64,000 nt of DNA from Zygnema circumcarinatum SAG 698-1b (lineage: Eukaryota; Plantae; Zygnematophyceae). Every line of letters begins with the position of its first letter. The first letter of the stretch is position 1. Below the pieces are notes generated by a model that was not told the origin of the DNA, did no database searches, and saw only the letters and a program-made list of their open reading frames with translations. This document shows, piece after piece, positions 1 through 11,739 of this stretch. The position numbers were made by a program, and so were the translations under genes. The stretch covers positions 1,860,001 through 1,924,000 of the forward strand of contig CM074820.1 in the NCBI GenBank assembly GCA_037447605.1, given 5' to 3'.

Positions 1-14
1 AAGCGCACCCACTG

Positions 15-2046
15 GTGGGTCCGGCGGATTTGGATCCCAACGATGAACAGATCTCCCCCCCCTTAAGATGCACGACTAAGTCCTCGAGAAACGAAAGTTC
101 TGCGCCGCTGAATTCGAGCAGCAGGGTGAGGGAGGGGCGGGAGGGAGGGGAGCGGGACGAGAGAGAGGGGCAGGAGAGAGAGGAGAGAAGGGAGAGGGAG
201 GAGAGGGCAGAAAGAGGCCCACTCTCTACTCTCACTACCACTACAGGAAAGCAGCACGTCAAGATGCCCAGCCCCACCACAAGAAACCTCTTCCCTTCAT
301 TCAAGGAGGACGGAAAAGTACATAACTTGACAGCAAAACAGCCACTTGGGGTGTCGGAAAATCGAACTGAATTGGCTAAAAAGGACGAGAGCTGTGAAAA
401 TTCTGTACATCGGTCTCCGAGGAAACCGCCGAATCCCAGGAAGAGATCATCACCATCATCGTTGACGGCAGCACTTTTGTCGCCAGGGAAGGCTCCGATG
501 CTGACAGAGGAGGATTTTGGGAGCCCGATGAAGGGGGCTTACATGTCTATGTTGATGCTAAGTCCGGAAAAAGAATTTAATCCCTTTAAAAGCCCACAAA
601 AGGAGCTTGTGGGGGGGCTCAATTTCAACAGTCCCAACGACAATGTAGGCAAAGGCAAAAATATTTCTAAAGCTGCCCCGAGTCCCGGAAAGGGGCGCGG
701 CTCAAGGTCGAGTTCGAGGAGCGGAAATTCTTTGAATGTGAATTCGGAAAGTATTATGAGTCCTGCAAGGGGCTCCTCACTCTCCTTCAACAGCGAGGAA
801 GAGAGCATGGAAGCGGCTGCAGCTGCTTTTCCGTTAGACGGACTGCTGGACGACATAGAACCCGTAAGTTCGATGGGATTTTTTGCTATGGTGAGTGATA
901 TTATGACGAGTGAGATGACGTATCCGAGCCGCATCGCGGAGCACATAAACGGCAGTTCCAAGGCTGTCGCAAGCAACGGAAACGAAACAAGCGCAGCAAC
1001 GGAACTGGCGAGTAGTGGAGGGAGGAGTAGAGGCAGTGCAGAGTGGAGTGAGGGAGAGGGGAGGGGGAGCGAGGGAGTCGCATGTAACAGAACGGAGGAA
1101 TTTCATCAGTATTTGAACTACGGAGATGGAGATTTTTCACAGGGAACGGAGGAGAGTGAAGGACAGAGGGGCCCTTCTAGGAGGGGTGGAGAAAGAATGT
1201 TCATTGAAGATGTTTCGCTTAAACCTGAAGTGAAGCTGCGGGAGTTGATCACTAATGAGTAAGATACACATAAGACCTGCCACATGTTTTTTCTACTTTC
1301 CTTTCTCTGTTTCTCAGCCTACCTTTCTGTCTCTGCTTTTTTGTACCAGTTTTTTTCCTCTCTATCTCTCTACCTCTCAGTGTCTTCTGCTGTCTCTCTC
1401 CCTCTCTTCCTCTGTCTCCCATCCCTCCCCTCGCTCGCCCCCCATCACGCTCTTTCTCTCCACCTCGTCTCATGAGTCCGCATTCTTCCACTCTCTCCCT
1501 TTCCACCCCCGCCTCCCCCCTTCTCCTCCATCCTCTCTCCCCTTTCTCTCTCTCTCTCCCTTCCCATTGAACTGTCATCAAAGCTACCAAAGAAAGCTGA
1601 ACCGGTTTCATGCTTTGTCATTCCTCGTTCCGTCGGCTGTCCTCAGGGACGGAAAAACGGAGAACGAAAGTAGAGAGGACTCGGAAGATCAAGACATTGC
1701 GGTTGATGAGATTTTGGCCTCCATAGAAGCTGACCCCCACATGGCGGGGCTCCTCGACGCCCTCTCAACTCGGCCTATCTCTTTCACCCCGGAAGGTACC
1801 CTTATTTAAATTTTCTTGAGTTTTGACTTATATTTTTTGTTAGTTTATATAGTCTATTTTTTGATTGGCTGTTGGCCTCTCTTTTTCTGATTCTTTTTGT
1901 TGTTACGTTTATTTAAATGGTTCGTTAGCTTGATCGGAGCTTTGACAGGTGATCAGCAGAAGTGTGCGAAGGAGATCTGCTCAGTCAACAAGATGGAAGA
2001 GTACGCATCGGAGGCAGACACACCAGGTGGGAATGGGGAAGCTTAA
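15..2046 (+). CDS. Partial gene of unknown function (S/P-rich, probably disordered protein); 5' end probably upstream of the window
   Basis: Frame is open from the window start. Exons <15-1258, 1584-1795 and 1949-2046 join in frame via GT..AG introns (...ITND-YQRKLNR...FTPEG-DQQK...GEA*). Many SP motifs; no family recognised. Confidence 0.6.
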
Positions 2047-4735
2047 CTTATATGGGAGCTTAAAGTTAATAGGAGATTACTAAGTAAAATATGGGAGCTT
2101 CAGCTTAATTTCAAACCGGCCCATATCTCGACGTGAAATTTTTCTCACTTAGCTACGCATGGAGTGATGCAGGCAAATGAATCAACGTTCTGCTGAACAC
2201 GGAGCAGCAGTTCAGTTATAGTTAATCTTCAACGGCAAAGTCACATGGAACTGGTCTCTGCCCTTCTATGATCCGTTGTAAATAGCTCATGAGCTTTTTC
2301 ATAGATTGGCTGTCCAACGGTAGATCTGAATCTGTACAAGTTTTGAGGGAAGTCTTAGAGGAAACGTGAGGTTCCATGCGGAGCAGTTTGGTAGCATAGT
2401 TGAACAGGTCAAGAAATTCATCACATGCATGCATGGCGAAAGGAGCCCGATTGAAAAAATGGGGTTCTTCTTTCTGTTCGTTTTTTAAATCTAACTTGAA
2501 CTGAGGGAAGGTGAAGGAGTTCAATTCAAGGTGATTGTGAATTATACAACTCTCATGCATGTTGTTCTCCTGCCAAGTTTCATGTCTGATCTCCCATCTC
2601 CTCCCCCCCTCCCCCCACCTCCTCCCTCTGCTCTATGCTGAACTCAACGACCCTAAAACCCTTATTCCTCACTTCCATATGTGAAGCATTTTTCATGTTC
2701 AATGTTGGGGCCTGTTGGTGGTATAAAGTATGTCACTGCATCCGCCCGGATATGAGGCTGTATTCATACCACACTCTCCTCTTAGAAGAGGCCCTCCACC
2801 AGGGGAGCAGTAGCCAGCGTGTCTCTCAAACGCCCGATTTCATAACTAGCAGTGAACGCGTCAGTACTTCTGCGGCACAACGACCAGCTCCACCCCCGTC
2901 CCCCCCCCCCGCCCTCCCCCCACCCTCCAAACTCTACTTCACTCTACCTCCTTCCCGATCCTTCCTCGCAGAACTTTCTCCCTACACGTCTTTCTCTCCC
3001 CTTCTCTCGCTCCCTCTCTCTCTCTTCACCCCCNNNNNNNNNNTTGTACCAGTTTTTTTCCTCTCTATCTCTCTACCTCTCAGTGTCTTCTGCTGTCTCT
3101 CTCCCTCTCTTCCTCTGTCTCCCATCCCTCCCCTCGCTCGCCCCCCATCACGCTCTTTCTCTCCACCTCGTCTCATGAGTCCGCATTCTTCCACTCTCTC
3201 CCTTTCCACCCCCGCCTCCCCCCTTCTCCTCCATCCTCTCTCCCCTTTCTCTCTCTCTCTCCCTTCCCATTGAACTGTCATCAAAGCTACCAAAGAAAGC
3301 TGAACCGGTTTCATGCTTTGTCATTCCTCGTTCCGTCGGCTGTCCTCAGGGACGGAAAAACGGAGAACGAAAGTAGAGAGGACTCGGAAGATCAAGACAT
3401 TGCGGTTGATGAGATTTTGGCCTCCATAGAAGCTGACCCCCACATGGCGGGGCTCCTCGACGCCCTCTCAACTCGGCCTATCTCTTTCACCCCGGAAGGT
3501 ACCCTTATTTAAATTTTCTTGAGTTTTGACTTATATTTTTTGTTAGTTTATATAGTCTATTTTTTGATTGGCTGTTGGCCTCTCTTTTTCTGATTCTTTT
3601 TGTTGTTACGTTTATTTAAATGGTTCGTTAGCTTGATCGGAGCTTTGACAGGTGATCAGCAGAAGTGTGCGAAGGAGATCTGCTCAGTCAACAAGATGGA
3701 AGAGTACGCATCGGAGGCAGACACACCAGGTGGGAATGGGGAAGCTTAACTTATATGGGAGCTTAAAGTTAATAGGAGATTACTAAGTAAAATATGGGAG
3801 CTTCAGCTTAATTTCAAACCGGCCCATATCTCGACGTGAAATTTTTCTCACTTAGCTACGCATGGAGTGATGCAGGCAAATGAATCAACGTTCTGCTGAA
3901 CACGGAGCAGCAGTTCAGTTATAGTTAATCTTCAACGGCAAAGTCACATGGAACTGGTCTCTGCCCTTCTATGATCCGTTGTAAATAGCTCATGAGCTTT
4001 TTCATAGATTGGCTGTCCAACGGTAGATCTGAATCTGTACAAGTTTTGAGGGAAGTCTTAGAGGAAACGTGAGGTTCCATGCGGAGCAGTTTGGTAGCAT
4101 AGTTGAACAGGTCAAGAAATTCATCACATGCATGCATGGCGAAAGGAGCCCGATTGAAAAAATGGGGTTCTTCTTTCTGTTCGTTTTTTAAATCTAACTT
4201 GAACTGAGGGAAGGTGAAGGAGTTCAATTCAAGGTGATTGTGAATTATACAACTCTCATGCATGTTGTTCTCCTGCCAAGTTTCATGTCTGATCTCCCAT
4301 CTCCTCCCCCCCTCCCCCCACCTCCTCCCTCTGCTCTATGCTGAACTCAACGACCCTAAAACCCTTATTCCTCACTTCCATATGTGAAGCATTTTTCATG
4401 TTCAATGTTGGGGCCTGTTGGTGGTATAAAGTATGTCACTGCATCCGCCCGGATATGAGGCTGTATTCATACCACACTCTCCTCTTAGAAGAGGCCCTCC
4501 ACCAGGGGAGCAGTAGCCAGCGTGTCTCTCAAACGCCCGATTTCATAACTAGCAGTGAACGCGTCAGTACTTCTGCGGCACAACGACCAGCTCCACCCCC
4601 GTCCCCCCCCCCCGCCCTCCCCCCACCCTCCAAACTCTACTTCACTCTACCTCCTTCCCGATCCTTCCTCGCAGAACTTTCTCCCTACACGTCTTTCTCT
4701 CCCCTTCTCTCGCTCCCTCTCTCTCTCTTCACCCC
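1341..4735. repeat. Apparently identical 1.7-kb direct duplication (1341-3033 / 3044-4735) around a 10-N gap; likely an assembly overlap artefact
   Basis: Offset 1703 bp; the ORF translations repeat identically (2222-2560 vs 3925-4263); the junction is the N gap. Confidence 0.85.
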
Positions 4736-4759
4736 ACTTCTCTCTCACTCTCTCCCTCT

Positions 4760-7755
4760 CTAGTAGACCTCCACATGCCACTGGTGGTTCTTCTTCAGCT
4801 TCGCCGCCACTTCTTCCCAGGTGGTGCCCCTTTGCTCTGCCACCTTAGATAGCGTAGAGATGATGCCGGGCATCATCCCCTTGAGGCCGCAGAAGTAGAT
4901 ATGTGCGCCCTTCTCCAGCATTGCGAAGACCTCCTCTCCGTACTCCTCCAGCTTGTCCTGAATGTACATTTTGCCGCCCTCCTTGTTCGTCTGCTCTCGG
5001 CTGAGAGCCAAGTCATATCTACACAATTTTAGCCAGCAGGAAACAGAAGATGTTAGGGAATTGGGGTGGGAGAGGATTTTGAATGCGAATTTCAAACAGC
5101 AAAAAGCTGAGGAGAGAGAGTGAGAGAGAGAGCGAGAAAGAGGGAGGAAGAGGAGGAAACAAAGCAGAGAGAGGTAGAGGATAGAGAGAGAGTGATAAAG
5201 AGAAAGCAAGAGAGAGAAAGAGAGAGAGAGAGACAGAGGAGAAGAGAGAGCAAAGTATCATCCAATATCGCTGTTGGAAGGAGGTTGGAGGTTGGAAGCG
5301 CACCTGAACTGGTCGGGGTGACTCTTCAGGAAACCTTGAAACTCGTCATCATAGAGCAAGCTGTCTGTGTTGGCTACTCCAAGAAAGAGCCAAGCAAGAC
5401 CTTTGAACTTGAATTCAGGCACATCCTCCAAAAACATTCTCCGCAGGTATCCGCGATAAGGAGCAATTCCAGTTCCAGTCGCAACCATAATGTGTGTTGC
5501 GGAGGGGTCCTCTTCAGGAAGCAGCATCACTTTGCCGCTTGGACCTGTGGGAGTTCAAAAAAAAAAAAAAAAAAAAATGAAAACAGAAGTTGATCAACAC
5601 ACAGCAGATGGAAACCGATTTGGAGCTTTTTGCAGCTTACAAATCACAAGCTTTCACATAAAAAAGAATTCAAAAGTGGGAATAGGATTTGGAGACTGCA
5701 CCAACAATCTGCACTTTATCTCCTGGCTTTGCATCGCAGAGAAAGTTGCTGCAGATTCCTTTTTTAGAGGGGTCCTCCTCCTTCAATTCGGGGTCCCAAT
5801 AGACTGCCCTTCTCACACAGAGACTGGTAGTGAGACCGTCAAAGGAGTCCCCATATCTCGTAGAAGCAATTGAGTAGAGACGCACTTTATTGGGCGTTCC
5901 AGGCTTTCGTGGGTTTTCGCCCTGTTTAGTTTCATCACAATAAGAAAAAGATGCGGGATAGAATGAAGCAAAGTTTTAGGGACAAGAGCAGAGTTATTTC
6001 TAGCCGCAAATCAGCTTTATTGGCTATGTTGCAAGTTGTATCGAGACAAGAAGCGCAAAAAAATGATATGCCCTTGTTTGAAACAGTGCAGAAATGCCCA
6101 GCTGTCGTAATCCAAACAGCAGCTGCAAACAACGATTTTCAATATCGCTTTCGTGAAAGCAAATCTACATCAAGGAAAAAGACGGCAGAACAATAGAGAG
6201 CCATAACAAGTAAAGAAAAGCTTCAAACAACTGTGTCTAATAGAACAGTTTAAACAGAGGTAGATTGATTTCTGACCGGTGGAATGATGCCGTAGCTCTG
6301 CCCTTCCCAATAGGGAACTTTGCCCTCATGATCAATTACAACGTGGCAGGTTTCGCCCGTTGCATTTGGACCAACAATTCGTTCTACCGATTTGATAGTA
6401 CCAATAAAAGGATTCGCATTCCGCCAGATATTCAAAGGGGGTTCCGGACTTCCCTCCAAATGTTGCACCTTCAATGGAGTCACCAATTTCTGAGCCTTCA
6501 GAGGATAAGTTTTTGCTTTAATATAAAACTTTGGCGGAGCAATTCGCAAGCTCTCCCCTGAAAAAAAATACGTTCTTGAAATGCTTGATAATGCGGGAGC
6601 AGAAATCTGCAAAAGACGAGCTGAAATTTACGGGTTAATGCTCCGGGGTGTTCTTCAAAGGACGTTTTTTAAATATTTGAGGCGCAAAGTTGATGAATGT
6701 CTGCTTCATGCGTCCACCAATCTTGATTACAATCTTGAACCATAAAAAATATCTCGCTAAAAGGACGTAAAACAACAGCAGCAATTAGTTGAGCAGCAAA
6801 AGAGCTGCATCGAAACCTACCTTATCTGACTGAGGCCCACTTGCTATCGACCTTGTACTGATCGGAGAATCCCGAACAAGTCCAAAAGCCACGCCCTGCA
6901 AGGCTCCCCCTTACCCCAAAGTGAGGCTCCTTACTCCACTCCTCCCATACATTCCATCATTTCATCTGTACCATACTAACTTTGTTTCAGGTTTTTTATG
7001 AATTGCCAAGATAGCAGCCATCGTTGAACTCGCATTCTTCAAGCAATCTCAGATAACAACAGCGATAACTGAAAGAAAAAATTCTCCATGCAACCTCCGT
7101 GTAGAGCAGCAGCCATGGCTGAGTTCAAGAACACTCCAATCGAGCTTCAAGAAGCAGCACACATGGATGAGTTCCAAGAAGTACTTGGATTCAGATTCAG
7201 CCAATGCCAGCCAGTGCTGAAGCAAGCAAGCTCACAAATGACGGCTACGACATTCGTTCGAAAAAAAAAACTTGAAACACATGATTTTAATACCAACAAC
7301 CAGCGAGCCATCCGATTGCTTTCAAAAATACAAGCCAGCAACATGATTCTAACTCTCTCTCTCTCTCTCTCTCTTTCTCTCTTTCCCTCTCTTTCTCTCT
7401 CCCTCCCTCTCTCTTTCTCTCTCTCTCTCTCCCTCTCTCTTTCTCTCTCTATCTCTCTCTCCCCCTCTCTTTCTTTCTCTCTCTCTCTCTCTCTCTCCCT
7501 CTCACTTTCTCTCTCTATCTCTCTCTCTCCCCCTCTTTCTTACTCTCGCTCTCTTTTCTCTCTCCCTCTCTCTTTCTTTCTTTCTCTCACTCTCTATCCC
7601 TCTCTCTTTATTTCTCTCTCTCTCTTGCTCTCCCCCTCTGAGTCTCTCTCATTCTCTTTGTGAAGTAGACACAGCTGACTACAGATGACACTTTAACGAG
7701 GATCCCGAGCGCGGCAGCCATAGCCGCTCACCTGCGCAGCAGCGGGGGCAGCCAT
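4760..7755 (-). CDS. RFNR: Ferredoxin-NADP+ reductase, root/non-photosynthetic type, with plastid transit peptide
   Basis: Exons 7732-7755, (6821-6895), 6277-6606, 5702-5921, 5304-5544, 4760-5018. Motifs [54 protein letters not shown] and C-terminal WHVEVY. Confidence 0.95.
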
Positions 7756-9717
7756 GGCGGCGCTGCACGAGGGAGAGAGAGCTCCTGAGAGTTCCTGCAG
7801 GAACTCCTGAACAAGAGCCAGCGTCAAGCTCTGTAATATTTTTTAAGAGGACACATACACAAAAAAAAAATCTACCAAAAACAATTGTTCACGTTCGGGC
7901 AGGACAAGAATACTTCTCAATCGTTTTAGCATTCTGCCCGAACTTTCTGGCCTCCCGATTGGCCATCACTTCACGATGAAAAACTATCGCGCGAAAAAAA
8001 AAGCACTTTTTCAATTTTCTTTTTTTTTGCCAATGTCGGACAGCCCCAAAGGCTCGCCCCCTTCCAAAAGCTCCGGTGCAGCGAGGAGCCGCCACGTGGC
8101 AGCCACGTGTAAGCAACGTCAGCATAATTGGCTCCTCGCTGATGCCGCCCTGCCAGCGTGGGACGCGTGGACGTACCGACAACCCCGCCGGCCGGCCAAC
8201 CCCTGCTGGCCGGCCGGCCGGCGGTGAGTCGCATATTCTGAAGCCGCCGGCCGGCCGGAGAGCAGCCGCGGCCGTCGGCAGCCGGCTACCAACCGTAAGG
8301 TCTCGGTATGGTTGGCATGTCGGCCAGACCCGCCGCGGCAATTTTTTTTTTTTGGAGAGGTGTCCTAGCAGTCAATGGGAGAGCGCCACGTCAAAAAATT
8401 TGCCAGCGTGGTGGAAGTTCGACCAATGAGAAGCTGCCATTCGATTTGATTGATAGGCGCACTCCCCAAAGTAGGACCCGAGGGGAGATCGAGGCGACGG
8501 CCGGCGAGACGGCTCCCGAGTAAAAGGGTACGAAAGCGCCAATGGGAGGACAATGGGACGTCCGAAAAATTTGCCAGCGTATCGGGCATTCGCCTAATGG
8601 GAGGACAACACGTCAGCAACTTTACCAGCGTTGGTTACATGACCAATGGGAGGAAGCCACGTGGGAAAGAACAACACAAGGCGGCCCGGGCGAGGTACAA
8701 AGTGCGGCTTTTTGAGGAATGCGAAGGGCGCGGAATTGAAAAAAACAAAACGGAGCTGGGATCTGCGACACATGCGGTGGTGGGTCAAGGACGGTTACAA
8801 CGCTAACTGTGAACAGGAAAACGCTACACAGAGCGTTGGCAAAGCGGTGGTCACGGGCACAGAGGCTTCTCAACGGGCACAGCCCAATGGCTGGTTTGCA
8901 CTGTAAAAATCCAAACTCCGCTGACCAATAGGAAGCCGCCATTCAGATACGGGCACGGTGCAGCCGCCATAAACTCAGTTGGCGGCAATGAACTGATGAA
9001 CAAAATGGCGACCTTGGTGCCACCAAGGGATTTGGCATGTGGGTCTCACGCAGGGCGGTGAGGCCATGAAAGGTGCATGGTAAATAACAACAACAACAAT
9101 AACAACATGGGGAACCACGAGGATTCAAATGCGTACGAAGGACCTGGGAGCCTTACAAAGGATAGAAACCACGAGCTGAATTCTGCTCTAAAGCTGAAAT
9201 CTATCTCTTGTGACTTGTGACACAAAGGTGACGTCCGAAAAAGAAAAAAAAATAAAAAAAAAAAACTTAAAGAAGAAATTACGAAGAGAAGCCATCCTCC
9301 TCTCTGTTGTGCGGCGAACCATGCATGCATCATTCCATGTTGCAATGTGGGCACACGACCTGCTGCCGCCGGCCTCAGTTGCAGACAACGGAGCAGGGAC
9401 TGCATGTAGACCGAGGGGGCTCTCAAAGGTGGGGAGAAGGGCTCCAAAGAGGTCTGAGTTACAGAGAAAGCGCGTCAAGTAACAAAGAGAAAGCAGTCGG
9501 AACAAAAAAAATGTGCACGTGTTATCACTTGGGATGAAGTCATGATGCTTTTAATTTACTGAATACAGAGGGCAGGGGTTTACTATCATCGACTTGAAGA
9601 GTTTGACGAGCATTGAGAGTGTGTCAGAGATTGAAAAGCTGAAGCTGAACCCTCCTTATGGGCTGCGGGTTGTTCAAAAGGGAAAATTTGAGTACTCACC
9701 TAAAGCCAAACTCAGAT

Positions 9718-10214
9718 TCAGATTGGTCCGCACATTGGACAATTTCCCGAAGGATTACTTCCTCCGTCGTACCCGCAGGGGCCTGCCACACAACACATGG
9801 AAGAGAGAGCGAGGGAGAGAGAGGGAGGGAGGGANNNNNNNNNNGAGGGAGGGAGGGCGGGAGGGAGGGAGGGAGAGAGGGAGAGGTCAAGAAAATCCCT
9901 CCCACATCGCACACACCCTCTTCGTAATCAGAGAGTTCCCATGAGACCATCATCATCCCTCCGAGCGGCCGCGCTCACTCACTGTTTAGCGGCAGGCAGA
10001 TCGTTCGCATTCGCTGGACCACTCCGTTTGTGCACGCGCAATTGTTGAATTTCTTGAAGGAGGGGGAAAGCCGCCCCCCCGGGAAGCATCTGGCGAGGGA
10101 CGCGCACGACTCCCCCGCAACGACTGAGTGGGTCCTTCCCTTCGGGCAGCAGGTAGAGAGGAGGTCGCGGTGGACCTGCCCGGAGGCTCGGGCAGCCACA
10201 GCGAGAACACAAGG
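9718..10214 (-). CDS. Small secreted Cys-rich LysM-domain protein (5' end in the N gap)
   Basis: Exon >10214-9983 reads CVLAVAARASG..CCPKGRTHSVVAGESCASLARCF..FNNCAC..ICLPLN. GTGAGT donor, then in-phase exon 9782-9718 (SPCGYDGGSNPSGNCPMCGPI*). HSVVAGESCASLA and ICLP match the LysM pattern YTVxxGDTCxxIA...LCIP. Confidence 0.6.
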
Positions 10215-11739
10215 NNNNNNNNNNNNNNNNNNNNNNNNNNNNNNNNNNNNNNNNNNNNNNNNNNNNNNNNNNNNNNNNNNNNNNNNNNNNNNNNNNNNNN
10301 NNNNNNNNNNNNNNACGATCCGTTCATGAACATTTGATGGCATTGCTATTGTGAGATCAACTGCCACTTACTTTCAACCTTATGATCAGCGGTACATAGC
10401 TCTGTGTGTGATAATAGTGAAATTGGTTGTTGAGGGTGTATTGGTTTAAAGACGCACATCCCAAAAAACAGTTTTCACAGGCCAAATTTGAATCAACCAT
10501 TTGGGAATTGGTTTACAGGTCGTGCTGACACATGTACGTCACATTTCATACAAAGTTTGCATCTTACTGACGCATGAAGACCTCATTTACAAACAAGAAA
10601 GTCTTGAAGGGCCGAGCTTTTCGTGAGAACATGTGCCCCAACAAAACCCTAGAGGGGTTTGGGGGAGTTGTGGATGCTAGAGACGGAGCAAAGCATGCGA
10701 AGCATGAAATGACAATGTCAATGTTTATGGTACGGGTACACCCCAAAGGATGCCAACCGTCGAGGCCAACTTGGGCGCCGACCTGCGTAATACGAGGACT
10801 TGGGTAGGTACACACTTTGAGAAGGCCACAATAGTTAATAGCGCACGCACAGTATAGGCGACAGCAGGCATACAGAAAGGCACGTGCTACAAGCCAGCAC
10901 TGTGGACACAGGCCTAAAGTCACACACTCTAAAGGGGAAGAAATGGCATTGAACTCACGATGGCAAGGCCATCAAATGTACATGGACAAAAGCAACATGG
11001 GGAACCACGAGGCGTACATTAAAAAGGCGCGCTCAAGGCACACACAGGACAGGCAAACCAAGAGACACACTAAAGGCACTTCTCTGTTCGCTCTCAGTTC
11101 AAGTCCAGAGTCTCATACAATACCTTCGCATCCCACCTTTATTTATTTACAAGAGGATGTGTGCCAACTGTGCAGCGCCTATGTACATGCATCCAAATCC
11201 CGTTCCAGTTTCAGTTCTCATATAGTCGTGTGTCGGACTCAGTGCCCTGCCACACCTCGCTAAAGTAAAATGGACAGATAGAATTCAGTAAGCCCCTAAT
11301 TTTTTCCCCTTGCTTTCCTCCCATAGATTTTTTTTTTTTTTGGTTTTCCTCTTTTTTAGCTAACTCCTCCTACCTTACGCACTTATCTTGCATAGATAGT
11401 TCATGATCAACGTCACTCAGCGGTACAATTCATGCACACCTGCTCTGTCCTGTTTAACAGTCTTAAGCCCTAGCTTTCTTCAAGTAAGCTAATCAGTCAG
11501 GGTTCAGAAGGCCTCTTCCAATTTTTTCACTATCGCACAAAGGGCTGGTCCTGCTCCCCGAAATAGAAAAGAATGGGTCTCGGAATGGCGGCCAATCAAC
11601 AGCCAACGGACCGTTCCTCCGTTCTCCACCACCTACTGCAGAACAAGCTGTGCATGGAATACGGTCAAAGTGTCGATGCCGACTCTACTCAGTCAGTAGT
11701 TAGGTTGAAGACGCAGCCGCTCTCACATAGATCTTCAGT

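Noticed and set aside
2222-2560. 112-aa minus-strand ORF (and its copy at 3925-4263)
   Set aside because: No recognisable motif; it lies between convergent 3' ends and cannot be supported as a gene.
1341-4735. Recent tandem duplication of gene 3' ends
   Set aside because: The copies look identical and are joined by a 10-N gap at low-complexity ends; this is typical of an unmerged contig overlap.
7088-7663. 191-aa plus-strand ORF
   Set aside because: Antisense within FNR intron 1 and largely CT microsatellite.
10560-10930. Possible snRNA/snoRNA
   Set aside because: No convincing match to U1/U6 or box C/D or H/ACA hallmarks by eye.
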